DNA of 56,333 nt. Origin: Pedosphaera sp. Lineage in GTDB: Bacteria > Verrucomicrobiota > Verrucomicrobiia > Limisphaerales > UBA1100. This document shows positions 1 to 13,339 of this stretch, in pieces. Made by a program: the position numbers and the translations under genes. A model generated the notes under the pieces. It had not been told where the DNA came from and ran no database searches. It saw only the letters and a program-made list of their open reading frames with translations. The stretch lies in the NCBI GenBank assembly GCA_009695465.1, contig SIAW01000004.1, positions 1-56,333 on the forward strand. Reading direction: 5' to 3'. Numbering within the stretch: position 1 is the stretch's first letter; each line of letters begins with the position of its first letter.

Positions 1-36
1 GGGCCGATGCGGAAATTGGCGGCGAGCAGGCGGGGG

Positions 37-1149
37 TCAAAGTGCCGCCGCAATGGCGTCGCCCATCTCTCGCGTGCCGACTTTTTTCGCGGTGGGATCG
101 GCGGTGGAGTAGATGTCGCCGGTACGCAGGCCGTTGGCGATGGCTTTGCTGACGGCGGCGTCGATGGCGTCGGCAGCGGCGTTCTGTTTGAAGCTGTAGC
201 GGAGCATCAGCGCGGTGGAGAGGATTTGCGCGATGGGGTTGGCGAGGTTCTTGCCGGCGATGTCTGGCGCGGTGCCGCCGGCGGGTTCGTAAAAACCAAA
301 AGTCTGTTCGCCACTGGTCGCGCCGAGGCTAGCGCTGGGCAGCATTCCGAGCGAACCGGCGAGCGCGGCGGCTTCGTCGGAGAGGATGTCGCCGAACATG
401 TTTTCGCAGAGCATCACGTCGAACTGCGTCGGGCGCAGCATCAGTTGCATCGCGCCGTTGTCCACGAACATGTGGTCGAGCGCCACGTCGGGATACTGCT
501 TGGAAACCTTCGTCACCACATCGCGCCAGAGCACGCCGTTCTCCAGCACGTTCGCCTTGTCGATGCTGCAGACTTTTTTACGGCGAAGCTGCGCGGCCTT
601 AAACGCGACGTGCGCGATGCGTTCAATCTCCGGCGTGGTGTACACCATCGTGTCGATCGCGCGCAGATGGCCGTTGCCGATGTCCTCGGTCTTTTTCGGC
701 TGACCAAAATACATGCCGCCGGTCAACTCGCGCACGACGAGCATGTCGATGCCGTCGCCCTGGCGCTCCTTCGAGAGCGGGCAGGCGTGGGCGAGTTCCT
801 TGGGCAATCGCACGGGGCGCAGATTGGCGAAGAGACCGAACTCCTTGCGCAGACGCAACAGCGCGGCGCGCTCGGGACGTTCCTCCTTCGGGATGGACGG
901 ATCGCGATCGGGCAATCCGACGGAGCCGAACAAAATGCAATCGCTCAGTTTGCAAAGCGCGAGCGTGGCGTCGGGCAACGCCTTGCCCGCGGCGTCAATG
1001 CCCGCCCAGCCAACGGGCGCTTCGGTGATGTCGAACCGCAGCGCGAACTTCTTCTCGACTGCGCGCAGCACTTTGATGGCTTCGCGCATCACCTCGGGGC
1101 CGATGCCGTCGCCAGCGAGCGCGGCGATTTTGAAAACGGAGTTGCTCAT
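37..1149 (-). CDS. leuB: 3-isopropylmalate dehydrogenase
   Basis: Motifs GDGIGPEV, LRKEFGLFANLRP, VRELTGGMYFG, DKANVL, NMFGDILSDEA and EPAGGTAPDIAGKNLANP. Start moved to the ATG at 1149 (MSNSVFKIAAL). Confidence 0.96.
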   Translation of the reverse strand: MSNSVFKIAALAGDGIGPEVMREAIKVLRAVEKKFALRFDITEAPVGWAGIDAAGKALPDATLALCKLSDCILFGSVGLPDRDPSIPKEERPERAALLRLRKEFGLFANLRPVRLPKELAHACPLSKERQGDGIDMLVVRELTGGMYFGQPKKTEDIGNGHLRAIDTMVYTTPEIERIAHVAFKAAQLRRKKVCSIDKANVLENGVLWRDVVTKVSKQYPDVALDHMFVDNGAMQLMLRPTQFDVMLCENMFGDILSDEAAALAGSLGMLPSASLGATSGEQTFGFYEPAGGTAPDIAGKNLANPIAQILSTALMLRYSFKQNAAADAIDAAVSKAIANGLRTGDIYSTADPTAKKVGTREMGDAIAAAL

Positions 1150-1232
1150 AAAAACAGGCGGCGAGATTAGGCGCACCGCGCGGGTTGGTGAAGGAAATTT
1201 GCAGGCGCCGCGCGCTCGACGAACAAATTCCA

Positions 1233-1261
1233 TTGACCCTTGCACGGCGCGTTTCTACTGT
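1233..1261 (+). promoter_or_regulatory. Putative sigma70 promoter of the 1298 gene
   Basis: TTGACC-N17-TACTGT, followed by an AGGAA Shine-Dalgarno-like sequence at 1286-1290. Confidence 0.55.
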
Positions 1262-1297
1262 CGCGACCGGTAACCCTAACATATCAGGAAACAGACT

Positions 1298-1738
1298 ATG
1301 TCCAAATACGTTCCTCTCATCAGTTCCGGCACCAAAGGTCCGCTGGGTGTGCTGCATCTCCCGCGCCTCTGGCAAAAGGTCTCGCTGGAATGCGCCGGCA
1401 AGTTGGCGGATGGCTATCCCGGCATCGGCCAAGGCTACGACATGATGGTCATCAACGCGCTCGGCTTGAAGGCCGACGATGTGAAGCACTACATCCAAAG
1501 CCACAAGCCGACCTATCCGCAGTTCGAGGCGTGGGTGAAGAAGCACGCGACGCATCACACGCGCGCGGACATCCACAAGCTGAACGTGGCCATTGCCGGC
1601 TACATCCACAGCGATGAAACGCGCCACGCCATCTTGAAGGCCAACGACCTGCACGATGACGGCTCAGTGTTGCCCGACGCGGTGAACCTGAACAACCTCG
1701 ACGACTGGCACGAGTTCCACGCGGCAGTGTTGAAGTAA
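1298..1738 (+). CDS. DUF5069-like conserved hypothetical protein
   Basis: 146 aa with strongly biased codon use. The G.LHLPRLWQK...YPG..GYD pattern recalls DUF5069. It has its own promoter, RBS and terminator. Confidence 0.65.
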   Translation: MSKYVPLISSGTKGPLGVLHLPRLWQKVSLECAGKLADGYPGIGQGYDMMVINALGLKADDVKHYIQSHKPTYPQFEAWVKKHATHHTRADIHKLNVAIAGYIHSDETRHAILKANDLHDDGSVLPDAVNLNNLDDWHEFHAAVLK

Positions 1739-1761
1739 ACTGCCAAGGAAAGTTTTTACGG

Positions 1762-1794
1762 CCGGCGTGGGGCGACCCACGCCGGTTTTTATTT
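1762..1794 (+). terminator. Rho-independent terminator
   Basis: CCGGCGTGGG-GCGA-CCCACGCCGG forms a 10-bp stem with a GNRA loop, followed by TTTTTATTT. Confidence 0.8.
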
Positions 1795-3066
1795 GCAGCC
1801 GATGGATTGCAATGCGCGGCCCAATCGGGCGGCACCTTCGGCCAAATCGGCCAAGCTCGCGCTGCCGAAGCTCAGGCGCATTTCATGACGGGGCACCTTG
1901 CGCGCGGTGTCGGTTGCATAACACAAATCGCCGGGCACATAGAGCACGTCGTTTTGGAGCGCTGCCTTGAACAGGCGCGACTTCGCATCGGTGCGCACGT
2001 GCTGGGGCAATCGCGCCCAGACGTACAGCCCACCGGCTGGCGTCTGCCACGTGACCGACGGCGGCAGATGGCGGCGGAGCGCACTCGTCAACACGCGCGC
2101 CTTTTTTGCGTAGCGCTGCTGTAGCGTGCGAACCTGTTCGGCGTAGGCCCCCGAAGCCATCGCTTGGGAGAGCAACTGCTGCAGGAAATTGGCGGTGCCA
2201 AAATCGTGGTTGCCCTTTACGCGCAGCACGGCGTCACGCACGGGGTCGGGCAGCACGCCGTAACCCACACGCAGGCCGGTCGCAAAAGGCTTGCTGAAGG
2301 TGCTGGTGTAAATCACCCGGCGATCGGTGCTGTCCACCGTGAGGGCGGAGGGGATGTCCGCGCCGGCAAAACGCAGCTCGCGATACGCGGCGTCTTCCAG
2401 CAGGTAGATGGGATGCCCGGCCTCGCGTTCGTAACGGCGCAGCAGGCGCAGTGCAGCGGCCTTTTTCTGCAAGCTCGTCGTGGTGCCGGCGGGATTGCTG
2501 AAGTAGCTGACGAGATAAAGCAGCTTGAGCCGGGGCAGTTGGCGGCGCGCGCGCAGTCCTTCCAGCACCGATTCCAGATGCGCCAAGTCCAGCCCATCGT
2601 GTTCCATGCGGATGCCGCGCCCGACCAGCCCGTGGCTTTGCATGATGCCGAGGTAAACGAAATACGACGGGTCTTCCACCAGCACAATGTCGCCCGTGTC
2701 GCACAGGACTTCCGTGAGGATGTAGAGCAACTGCTGCGAGCCGTGCGTCACCACGATGTCGTCGGCTGCGCAAGCGCGGGGCTTGGCGGCAGCGCCGTCT
2801 TGCTCGCGCAAATGCTGGCCAATCAACTCGCGCAGGATGGGGTCGCCCGCAGTGGTGCCGTACTGCAACGCCGGTTGCGCGGTGCGGGGCGCGCGCAGCA
2901 GGCGCTGCGTCAAAACGCGTGCGGCGTGGACAGGCAGCGTGGGGTTGTCGGTGAACCCTGCCGCCAGTGAAATCAATTTGGGCTGCTGCAACGCTGCCTG
3001 CATCAGCCAGGAAATGGGCGGCGCGGTGGTGCGCTGGGCCAGTTGCGAGAGCGCGGTGCGTTTCAT
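1789..3066 (-). CDS. PLP-dependent aminotransferase, class I/II (LysN/ARO8/MocR-catalytic-like, no HTH)
   Basis: Motifs ISLAAGF, LQYGTTAG, GSQQ, SNPAG, EDAAY, STFSKPFATGLRVGY (PLP lysine) and MRLSF. Start at ATG 3066. Confidence 0.85.
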   Translation of the reverse strand: MKRTALSQLAQRTTAPPISWLMQAALQQPKLISLAAGFTDNPTLPVHAARVLTQRLLRAPRTAQPALQYGTTAGDPILRELIGQHLREQDGAAAKPRACAADDIVVTHGSQQLLYILTEVLCDTGDIVLVEDPSYFVYLGIMQSHGLVGRGIRMEHDGLDLAHLESVLEGLRARRQLPRLKLLYLVSYFSNPAGTTTSLQKKAAALRLLRRYEREAGHPIYLLEDAAYRELRFAGADIPSALTVDSTDRRVIYTSTFSKPFATGLRVGYGVLPDPVRDAVLRVKGNHDFGTANFLQQLLSQAMASGAYAEQVRTLQQRYAKKARVLTSALRRHLPPSVTWQTPAGGLYVWARLPQHVRTDAKSRLFKAALQNDVLYVPGDLCYATDTARKVPRHEMRLSFGSASLADLAEGAARLGRALQSIGCK

Positions 3067-3156
3067 GCCCAGTGCAGGATGGGGCAAGCGCACCGGACTG
3101 CCAACGCTTTTCAAAGCGCGCTCGACGCGCCAAACGCGAGCGCGTAATTTCCGGCC

Positions 3157-3942
3157 GTGGCCACACGCCTGCTCCAAATTGCCGACCGCACCTTTACCTC
3201 GCGCCTGCTGCTGGGCACGGGCAAGTTTGCCTCGCCGGAGTTGATGCGCGATGCGCTGGTCGCCAGCGGCGCGGAGATCGTGACGGTGGCGTTGCGCCGC
3301 GCCGATCTGTCCGGCAAAAAAGATCCCTTCGCCAACATTCTTGAATTCATTGATCCGCAGCGCTACCTGATTTTGCCCAACACCAGTGGCGCAATGAACG
3401 CGGCGGAAGCGGTGCGACTGGCGCGACTGGCCGCTGCGGCGGGGTTGCCCAAATGGGTGAAGCTGGAGATTCATCCAGACCCGCGTTATCTCCTGCCCGA
3501 TCCCATCGAGACTTTTATCGCCGCGCAACAGCTCGTGAAAGAAGGGTTCACCGTGTTGCCGTACATCAATGCCGATCCGGTGCTGGCCAAGCGCCTACAG
3601 GAAATCGGCTGCGCCACGGTGATGCCGTTGGGGGCGCCGATCGGTTCCAATCGCGGTGTGCAGACGCGTGATCAAATCCGAATCATCCTCGATCAAGCCA
3701 CCGTGCCGGTGGTGGTGGACGCAGGATTGGGCGCGCCCAGCCACGCTGCTGAGGCGATGGAACTGGGCGCCGACGCCGTGTTGATTAACACCGCGATTGC
3801 CGTTGCCGCTGATCCCTGCCGCATGGCGATCGCGTTCAAACAGGCGGTGGAGGCCGGCCGCGCCGCGTATGAGATTGGGATGGCGGAGCAATCCGCCACC
3901 GCCAATGCCACCAGTCCATTGACGGGGTTCCTCACGCAATGA
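3157..3942 (+). CDS. thiG: Thiazole synthase
   Basis: Motifs [34 protein letters not shown] and [18 protein letters not shown]. Confidence 0.96.
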   Translation: MATRLLQIADRTFTSRLLLGTGKFASPELMRDALVASGAEIVTVALRRADLSGKKDPFANILEFIDPQRYLILPNTSGAMNAAEAVRLARLAAAAGLPKWVKLEIHPDPRYLLPDPIETFIAAQQLVKEGFTVLPYINADPVLAKRLQEIGCATVMPLGAPIGSNRGVQTRDQIRIILDQATVPVVVDAGLGAPSHAAEAMELGADAVLINTAIAVAADPCRMAIAFKQAVEAGRAAYEIGMAEQSATANATSPLTGFLTQ

Positions 3943-4952
3943 GCGAACTTTCCCTACCACGCACCCGCGAGTTGTTGCATGCGGCAGTTCGCGCGCGTGT
4001 GCTGGTCGTGGGCGATGTGATGCTCGATCAGTTCATTCGCGGTCGCGTGGCGCGCATCTCGCCGGAGGCTCCGGTGCCCGTGCTGGATTTTGAGGATGAA
4101 CAATTCATGCCCGGCGGCGCTGCCAACGTGGCGCGCAACCTGACCGCGCTGGGTGCGCAGGCGGAAATCTTCGGTGTCGTGGGTGACGACCCTTCCGCTG
4201 CGCAGTTGCGCGGGTTGTTGTCGCGCGAAAAGGTGGGCGCAAAGGGACTGGTCGCCGAGCGCGGGCGCATGACCACGCGCAAGGTTCGCATCATCGCTCA
4301 TCATCAACACATCGCGCGGGTGGATCGAGAAACCCGCAGCATCATCCGCGACGACACGCAGCAGCGAGTGCTGGCAGCCGTGCGCCGCGCGTTGCCACGG
4401 GCTGATGCCGTCATCGTGGGTGATTACGGCAAAGGCATGATCACGCAGCCGTTGCTGAATGAACTCAAGCGACTGTGCCGCGCGCAGGGTGTGTGGCTGG
4501 GGCTGGATCCCAAGCCCGTGCACGCGATCAAACTGCAGGGGCTTTCGCTCATCACGCCGAACCGGAAAGAGACGTTCGAGTTGGCTGGCCTGTCCGACAC
4601 CACGCGCCATGCGGATCCGCTGCGTGATGCGGGACTGCGCCGGGCGGCGACACGATTGCTGACCAAGCTGCGGCCGGAGGTGCTACTGATCACGTTGGGC
4701 GAACAGGGCATGCTGTTGTGCCGTCGCGGCCAGCGTCCGTTGCATGTCGCTACGGCCGCGCGCGAGGTGTTTGATGTCTCCGGCGCAGGCGACACGGTGA
4801 TCGCCAGTTTCACATTGGCGATGACAGCGGGTGCGACGCCGGAGGAGGCGGCCGTGTTTTCCAATCACGCCGCCGGCGTGGTGGTGGGCAAGGTGGGAAC
4901 GGCGACAGTCACGCCGGCCGAGATGCTGGCCAGCTTCGCGTCGCAGCCATGA
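3939..4952 (+). CDS. rfaE1: D-glycero-beta-D-manno-heptose-7-phosphate kinase (RfaE domain I, PfkB family)
   Basis: Motifs [35 protein letters not shown] and DVSGAGDT. No C-terminal adenylyltransferase domain. Confidence 0.9.
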   Translation: MSELSLPRTRELLHAAVRARVLVVGDVMLDQFIRGRVARISPEAPVPVLDFEDEQFMPGGAANVARNLTALGAQAEIFGVVGDDPSAAQLRGLLSREKVGAKGLVAERGRMTTRKVRIIAHHQHIARVDRETRSIIRDDTQQRVLAAVRRALPRADAVIVGDYGKGMITQPLLNELKRLCRAQGVWLGLDPKPVHAIKLQGLSLITPNRKETFELAGLSDTTRHADPLRDAGLRRAATRLLTKLRPEVLLITLGEQGMLLCRRGQRPLHVATAAREVFDVSGAGDTVIASFTLAMTAGATPEEAAVFSNHAAGVVVGKVGTATVTPAEMLASFASQP

Positions 4953-5493
4953 AGCGCGCGGTGTTTCTGGATCGGGACGGCACGTTGAATGTGGAGCGCA
5001 ACTATTTGTCGCGGCCGGAGGATTTGGTGTTGCTGCCCGGCGCGGGCGCGGCACTGCGCCGGCTGCAGGATGCGAATTTCTTGTTGTTCATCGTCACCAA
5101 TCAATCGGGCATCGGGCGCGGTTATTACACCGAGGCGGACATGCACCGGGTGAATGAACGGCTCGGCGCGGAGTTGGCGCGCGACGGAGTGCGCTTCCAG
5201 AAAATCTATTATGCCGCCGAGGCGCCCGAGCAGCCCAGTCGCGGCCGCAAGCCCAGCCCGCAGTTTCTGTGGGATGCGCGGGATGAGTTCGGTCTCGACC
5301 TTTCGCGCAGTTACATGGTCGGGGACAAGATGATTGATCTGGAGTGCGGCTGGAACGCGGGCGTGAAGGCGAGCATCCTTGTGCGCACCGGCTACGGCAC
5401 TGAAGTGGAGCAGGCGGCATCCCCCAATCTTTCGCGGGCAATCGTGAAGGATGATCTGGCGGCGACCGCAGCGTGGATATTGGAGCAGCAGGA

Positions 5494-5497
<4 letters not shown>
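4949..5497 (+). CDS. gmhB: D-glycero-D-manno-heptose-1,7-bisphosphate phosphatase (HAD family)
   Basis: Motifs FLDRDGT, VTNQSGIGRG, RKPSP and MVGDK. ATGA overlap with rfaE1. Confidence 0.9.
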
Positions 5498-7841
<2,344 letters not shown>

Positions 7842-7845
7842 TTCC

Positions 7846-9090
7846 GTGACCTATCGCGAGGCGACGGAGTGGCTGGGCGGACTTCGCCAATTCGGCGCTC
7901 GGTTGGGGTTGGACAACATGCGGGCACTGGCTGCGGCCAGCGACAATCCGCAAGACCACCTGCGCTTCATCCACGTGGCCGGCACCAACGGCAAAGGCTC
8001 GGTCTGCGCGATGCTGGCGAGCATCCTGCAACGCGCGGGCTGTCGTGTGGGTTTGTACACCTCGCCGCATCTGCTCAGTCTGCGCGAGCGCATCCAGATC
8101 AACGGCCAGTTGATTGGCGAAGTGGACTTCGCCACGCACGCCACCGCTGTGCGGCACGGACTGCCCGCGTCGCAGGGCGACCCCACGAGCACCTTATTTG
8201 AGGCTGCCACCGCGATTGCGTTGCGACACTTTGCCGCGCAACGCTGCGACTGGGTTGTTTGGGAAACCGGACTGGGCGGACGACTGGACGCCACCAACAT
8301 CGTCACGCCCGCCATCTCTGTCATCACCCACATCGCACTCGACCATCAAGATTGGCTGGGCCACACGATCGAGGCCATCGCCGCCGAAAAGGCGGGCATC
8401 ATCAAGCCCGCCGTGCCGGTGTTGAGCGGTGTGGATGTGACGGCAGCACGAGCAGTGATCGAACAAGTTGCACGCGAGCAACACGCCCCGCTGACGTGTG
8501 TGGCCGAGGAAGCCGACACGGCATTGCTGGGCGCGCATCAACGTCGCAACGCGGGTTTGGCCGCAGCGGTGGCGCGTCAACTAGGCATCGCCGATGAAAC
8601 AATCCGCGCGGGCTTGGCCACGGTGCAATGGCCGGGGCGAGCGCAACTCATCCATGTCAGTGGCGGCCGTCGCATCCTGCTGGATGGCGCGCACAATGTC
8701 GCGGGCGCAGAGGCGTTGGCGGCTTTGTTGAAGGCGCAGTTCGCGGGCGAAACCAAAACCCTCCTCATCGCCTGTTCCACTGACAAGGACTGGATGGGGA
8801 TGTGCCGGTGTTTATCACCGCTGGCCGCGCGCGTGGTGGCGGTGCCCAACTACACGGAGAAGGCCGTGCCGCCCGAGTCCATCGCCGAACAATGTCGGCT
8901 GACCAATCCGCGCGCGGAGGTGCTGGCCTGCATCTCCGTCGAGGAGGGATTGCGGGTGGCGGCCAACGATGCTTTCCTTGTGGTCACCGGATCGCTTTAC
9001 TTGGTGGGCGGCGTGATGGAATTGCTGGGTTGCGACCCGCTCTTGCCGCGCGGAGAAAGAGGATTGAATGAATGGGCAAAGGTTCGTTGA
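7846..9090 (+). CDS. folC: Folylpolyglutamate synthase / dihydrofolate synthase
   Basis: Motifs HVAGTNGKGS, YTSPHL, ETGLGGRLDATN, WPGR, LDGAHN and GSLYLVG. GTG start assumed at 7846. Confidence 0.93.
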   Translation: MTYREATEWLGGLRQFGARLGLDNMRALAAASDNPQDHLRFIHVAGTNGKGSVCAMLASILQRAGCRVGLYTSPHLLSLRERIQINGQLIGEVDFATHATAVRHGLPASQGDPTSTLFEAATAIALRHFAAQRCDWVVWETGLGGRLDATNIVTPAISVITHIALDHQDWLGHTIEAIAAEKAGIIKPAVPVLSGVDVTAARAVIEQVAREQHAPLTCVAEEADTALLGAHQRRNAGLAAAVARQLGIADETIRAGLATVQWPGRAQLIHVSGGRRILLDGAHNVAGAEALAALLKAQFAGETKTLLIACSTDKDWMGMCRCLSPLAARVVAVPNYTEKAVPPESIAEQCRLTNPRAEVLACISVEEGLRVAANDAFLVVTGSLYLVGGVMELLGCDPLLPRGERGLNEWAKVR

Positions 9091-11236
9091 TGCAGGGCTG
9101 GTGCTTGTGAGCGCGTTGTGCGCGGCCTGCGCCGTGACAGATTCCACGGCGCCGACGCTCACCGTGCCGCTGGTCTATCCCAAGACCCGCACGGTGGAAC
9201 AGGTGGACGTGCATCACGGCACGGCCGTGGCGGATCCGTATCGTTGGTTGGAAGACGCCGACTCGTCGGACACGCAGGCGTGGGTTGCCGAGCAGAATCG
9301 GCTGACGTTCGCGTGGCTGGCCGCCATCCCCGAGCGCGCGGCCATCCGCAGTCGGCTGCAGCGGCTTTGGAATTACGAACGACACAGCCTGCCCGTCAAA
9401 CGCGGCACCAACTATTTCTACACGCGCAACGATGGCCTGCGCAGTCAGCCGGTGCTGCATGTCACCGAGAGATTGGACAGCGACGGGCGCGTGTTGCTGG
9501 ATCCCAACCAGCTTTCTGCCGACGGCACCGTGGCGCTGGCGCGTTGGGTGCCCAGCCAGGACGGGCAGTTTTTGGCGTACGCCGTTTCTGCCGCCGGTTC
9601 GGACTGGCAAGAATGGCGCGTGCGCGACGTGCGCAGTGGACGCGACACCGACGACCGTTTGCGCTGGGTGAAATTTTCTGGTGCCGCTTGGCGTCGCGAT
9701 GGCAGCGGGTTTTATTACAGCCGCTACGATGAGCCTGCGGGGGGCCAGTCCATGCGCGGCCTTAACTACCACCAGAAATTATTTTTCCATCGACTGGGCA
9801 CGCCACAGTCGGCGGATGAATTGGTGTACCACAACCCAGCCCACAAAGAATGGGGCTACAGCGGCGATGTCACGGAGGATGGGCGGCATCTCATCATCAC
9901 CGTTCGGCAGGGCACCGACCCGCGCAACCGGATTTTCTACAAGAGCCTGACCGACGCCAACGCAACGGTGAAGCCGCTCGTGGAGGAGTTCGAGGCCGAC
10001 TACTCGTTCGTGGGCAATGACGGCGGGACGTTCTGGTTTCGCACCGACCTCAACGCCACGCGCGGCCGTGTGGTGGCGATGGAGCTGACCAAGCCGCAGG
10101 AAAAGAAGACTGTGATTGCCGAAGCGCCGGACACCTTGCGCGGGGTGAGTTGGATGAACGGCCAATTCGTGTGCAGTTACCTGCGCGATGCCCGCAGCCA
10201 AGTGCGGGTGTTTGGTCGGGACGGTCAGTTGGTGCGCGAGGTGGCGTTGCCGGGTATCGGCACGGCGAACGGGTTTGGCGGACAAGCGAGCGACAAGGAA
10301 ACATTTTTTGCCTTCACCAGTTTTAACGAGCCCAGTTCCACCTATCGCCTCGACTTGGCCAGCGGCAATAGCACGGCCCTGCGCAAGCCGCAGGTGGATT
10401 TCAATCCGGCGGATTTTCTCACGCGCCAAATCGTCTATCGCAGCAAGGACGGCACGCGCATTCCCATGTTCATCGCGCACAAACGCGGCCTCAAGCTTGA
10501 CGGCAACAACCCCACACTGCTCTACGGCTACGGTGGATTTAACATCAGCCTCACGCCCAGTTTTTCGCCCATGGAATTATTGTGGATGGAGATGGGCGGC
10601 GTGTACGCGATGCCCAATCTGCGCGGCGGCGGCGAGTACGGCGAGGCGTGGCATCGTGCTGGGACGAAATTGGAGAAGCAGAATGTCTTCGATGACTTCA
10701 TCGGTGCGGCAGAATGGTTGCAGGCCAACCTGTACACGCGACCGGAGAAACTGGCCATCGCCGGCGGCAGCAACGGTGGACTGCTCGTGGGCGCGTGCAT
10801 GACGCAACGGCCGGAGCTTTTCAGCGCCGCGCTGCCGGCCGTCGGCGTGATGGACATGTTGCGCTTCCAGAAATTCACCATCGGCTGGGCGTGGACTAGT
10901 GACTACGGCTCGGCAGAAAACGCGGCGGAATTCAAGGCGCTGCACGCCTATTCGCCCTATCACAATCTCAAGCCGGGCACGCGCTATCCGGCGACATTGG
11001 TCACGACGGGCGACCATGATGACCGCGTCGTGCCGGGACACAGTTTCAAATTTGCAGCGCGACTGCAGGCCGCCCATGTTGGTGAAGCTCCGGTGCTGAT
11101 CCGTGTGGAAACCCGCGCGGGCCACGGCGCAGGCAAGCCCACGAAGAAACGCATCGAAGAAGAGGCTGACCGACTCGCGTTCTTGGTGCAGGCACTACGC
11201 ATGAGTCCGGTTCTGCGCACCGACACGCAGCCGTGA
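9068..11236 (+). CDS. Prolyl oligopeptidase (S9A family), probably exported or a lipoprotein
   Basis: Motifs DPYRWLE, YGYGGF, GGSNGGLL (catalytic Ser), DDRV (Asp) and AGHG (His). Hydrophobic N-terminus with a Cys. Confidence 0.93.
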   Translation: MNGQRFVDAGLVLVSALCAACAVTDSTAPTLTVPLVYPKTRTVEQVDVHHGTAVADPYRWLEDADSSDTQAWVAEQNRLTFAWLAAIPERAAIRSRLQRLWNYERHSLPVKRGTNYFYTRNDGLRSQPVLHVTERLDSDGRVLLDPNQLSADGTVALARWVPSQDGQFLAYAVSAAGSDWQEWRVRDVRSGRDTDDRLRWVKFSGAAWRRDGSGFYYSRYDEPAGGQSMRGLNYHQKLFFHRLGTPQSADELVYHNPAHKEWGYSGDVTEDGRHLIITVRQGTDPRNRIFYKSLTDANATVKPLVEEFEADYSFVGNDGGTFWFRTDLNATRGRVVAMELTKPQEKKTVIAEAPDTLRGVSWMNGQFVCSYLRDARSQVRVFGRDGQLVREVALPGIGTANGFGGQASDKETFFAFTSFNEPSSTYRLDLASGNSTALRKPQVDFNPADFLTRQIVYRSKDGTRIPMFIAHKRGLKLDGNNPTLLYGYGGFNISLTPSFSPMELLWMEMGGVYAMPNLRGGGEYGEAWHRAGTKLEKQNVFDDFIGAAEWLQANLYTRPEKLAIAGGSNGGLLVGACMTQRPELFSAALPAVGVMDMLRFQKFTIGWAWTSDYGSAENAAEFKALHAYSPYHNLKPGTRYPATLVTTGDHDDRVVPGHSFKFAARLQAAHVGEAPVLIRVETRAGHGAGKPTKKRIEEEADRLAFLVQALRMSPVLRTDTQP

Positions 11237-11251
11237 GGGGACATTCGCTGT

Positions 11252-11872
11252 TCAACGCGGCGACTGCAGCGCTTCCAACTGGCGGTCGTGCATCTTCGTG
11301 AGGAGGAGTTGGCTGGCGAGCGCGCCGCCCAGACAGAGGAACATGTCCCACTGCGCGTCCCACGGATCGCCTTGCGTGCCGAGAAATTCGTGGGCGCTCT
11401 GCCCCAACGCCAGTGCAGTCCACCATTCGACCATCTCATAAACGGCACTGCTGGCCAGGCACACCGACAGGACAAGAAAGAAGAGCCATCCGCCCTGCTT
11501 CACCGGTGAGCAGCGCAGCAATACTTCGCGGGTGAGGATGGCCGGAATGAATCCCTGCGCGAAGTGCCCCACGCGGTCGTAGTGGTTGCGCGCGAGGCCG
11601 AGCCAGTCTTGCACCCAGTGGCCCAGCGGCACTTCGGCGTATGTATAATGCGCGCCCAGCATCAGGACGAGCGCGTGCAGGAACGCCAGTCGATACGCCA
11701 GCGGCGTCAGCGGGAAACGGCGGGCCGTGATGATTAACACCGGGAGCGCAATGAGGATGGGCGCAACTTCCAGCCACCATGTGAGGCGATCTTTTGGGCC
11801 GATGCCCGAGAGGATGAGCAGCACTGAGCCGAGGGCCAACAATACGAACGGCTCCTTCGCGCGTGCTGTCAC
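11252..11872 (-). CDS. DUF2238/YjdF-type inner membrane protein
   Basis: Motifs [32 protein letters not shown] and [15 protein letters not shown]. Confidence 0.85.
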   Translation of the reverse strand: MTARAKEPFVLLALGSVLLILSGIGPKDRLTWWLEVAPILIALPVLIITARRFPLTPLAYRLAFLHALVLMLGAHYTYAEVPLGHWVQDWLGLARNHYDRVGHFAQGFIPAILTREVLLRCSPVKQGGWLFFLVLSVCLASSAVYEMVEWWTALALGQSAHEFLGTQGDPWDAQWDMFLCLGGALASQLLLTKMHDRQLEALQSPR

Positions 11873-11977
11873 CGCCGCAGATGTTGCCAGCCGGTGCGTT
11901 GTAGGTCAATGCAGCGCGCCGTGGCTCCAACCAATTTGCTTGCGAGCGAAGTTGGCAAAGTTAGCATGTCCACATCC

Positions 11978-13288
11978 ATGAAAACCGCATCCACCCGTCG
12001 TCGTTTCATCCAACAATCCACGGTCGCTGGCGCTGTCGGCTGGGCGGCGGCCAAAGGGTTTCCCTCTTTGCACGCACAGGATTCGCAGAAGAAGGTCGTC
12101 GTGGGTGTCATGGGTTTGGGGCGCGGGATGGGGCATGTGAGCAGCTACGCCACGCAGTCCAACTGCGATGTGGCTTACGTGTGCGATCTGGATTCGCGCC
12201 GGTTGGCCAGCGGGTTGAACGCCGCGCGCAACTTTATCAAAGACCAACCGGAGAAGCGCGAGCCTAAAGGCGTGACGGAGTTCCGCCGGATGTTGGAGGA
12301 CAAGAGTGTGGATGTCATCTCCATCGCTGCGCCGAATTTCTGGCACACGCCCGCCGCCATCATGGCCATGCAGGCGGGCAAGCATGTGTACGTGGAGAAG
12401 CCCGGCAGCCACAACTCGCGCGAGGCGGAGTTGATCGTCGCTGCGGCGCGCAAATATAAAAAGCAGGTGCAGATGGGCAATCAGCGGCGCAGTCAGCCGG
12501 GCATTATCGAGGGCATTGAGAAGGTGCGGTCCGGCGCCATCGGCCGCCCGTTGTACGCGCGGTGCTGGTACGACGGCGCGCGGCCGTCCATCAAGAAGGG
12601 ACAGATCGCCGCGTTGCCCGAATGGCTCGGGGTCGAGGGCTGGAAAAGCTGGCAAGGCCCCACGCCGGAGCGGCCCTACAAAGATAATATCGTCCACTAT
12701 AACTGGCATTGGATGTGGCACTGGGGCGGCGGCGAGATGCAGAACAACGGCCCGCATTTTCTGGACGTCGCGCGCTGGGGTTTGGGTGTGGATTATCCCA
12801 CGCGCGTCACCTGCGGCGGCGGGCGTTACCATTTCGAGGATGATCAGGAGACGCCTGACACGTCCTACGCCGTGTACGATTTCGGCAAGGTGGGCATCGC
12901 GTGGGAACAGAGCAGCAGTCACGCGCGCAAGCCGGAGAATCACCCGCTCGTCACGTTCTACGGCGAGAGCGGCACGCTTTCAATTATCGGCAGCGGCTAC
13001 AAAATCCACGACCTCGCCGGCAAGGAGACCGCCAACGTGCCGGGCAAGTGGAGCGATGGTTTTCACTTCGGCAACTTCCTCAACGCGGTGCGCTCGGGCG
13101 AGAAACTCAATGCGGAGATTGGCGACGCGCAGATCAGCACGCGGCTTTGTCATCTGGGCAACATCGCCTACCGCGCCGGGCGCACCATCAATTGTGATGC
13201 GAAGACCGGCAAGATTGTGGGCGACGACGATGCGGTGAAACAATATTGGGGCCGCGAATATCGTCCGGGCTGGGAGCCCAAAGTCTGA
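11978..13288 (+). CDS. Gfo/Idh/MocA family oxidoreductase with Tat signal
   Basis: TRRRF twin-arginine signal, G.G.G.RG, HVYVEKP and QMGNQRRS. Alternative start at 11966. Confidence 0.88.
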   Translation: MKTASTRRRFIQQSTVAGAVGWAAAKGFPSLHAQDSQKKVVVGVMGLGRGMGHVSSYATQSNCDVAYVCDLDSRRLASGLNAARNFIKDQPEKREPKGVTEFRRMLEDKSVDVISIAAPNFWHTPAAIMAMQAGKHVYVEKPGSHNSREAELIVAAARKYKKQVQMGNQRRSQPGIIEGIEKVRSGAIGRPLYARCWYDGARPSIKKGQIAALPEWLGVEGWKSWQGPTPERPYKDNIVHYNWHWMWHWGGGEMQNNGPHFLDVARWGLGVDYPTRVTCGGGRYHFEDDQETPDTSYAVYDFGKVGIAWEQSSSHARKPENHPLVTFYGESGTLSIIGSGYKIHDLAGKETANVPGKWSDGFHFGNFLNAVRSGEKLNAEIGDAQISTRLCHLGNIAYRAGRTINCDAKTGKIVGDDDAVKQYWGREYRPGWEPKV

Positions 13289-13339
13289 CTCGTGCCCGCG
13301 GCGTGCCGTGCTGCTTTGGCAACAGCAGCCGGTGATAAA

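Noticed and set aside
1789-3528. 579-aa MocR/GntR-type fusion
   Set aside because: The N-terminal extension is mostly antisense to thiG and has no HTH. The real start is at 3066.
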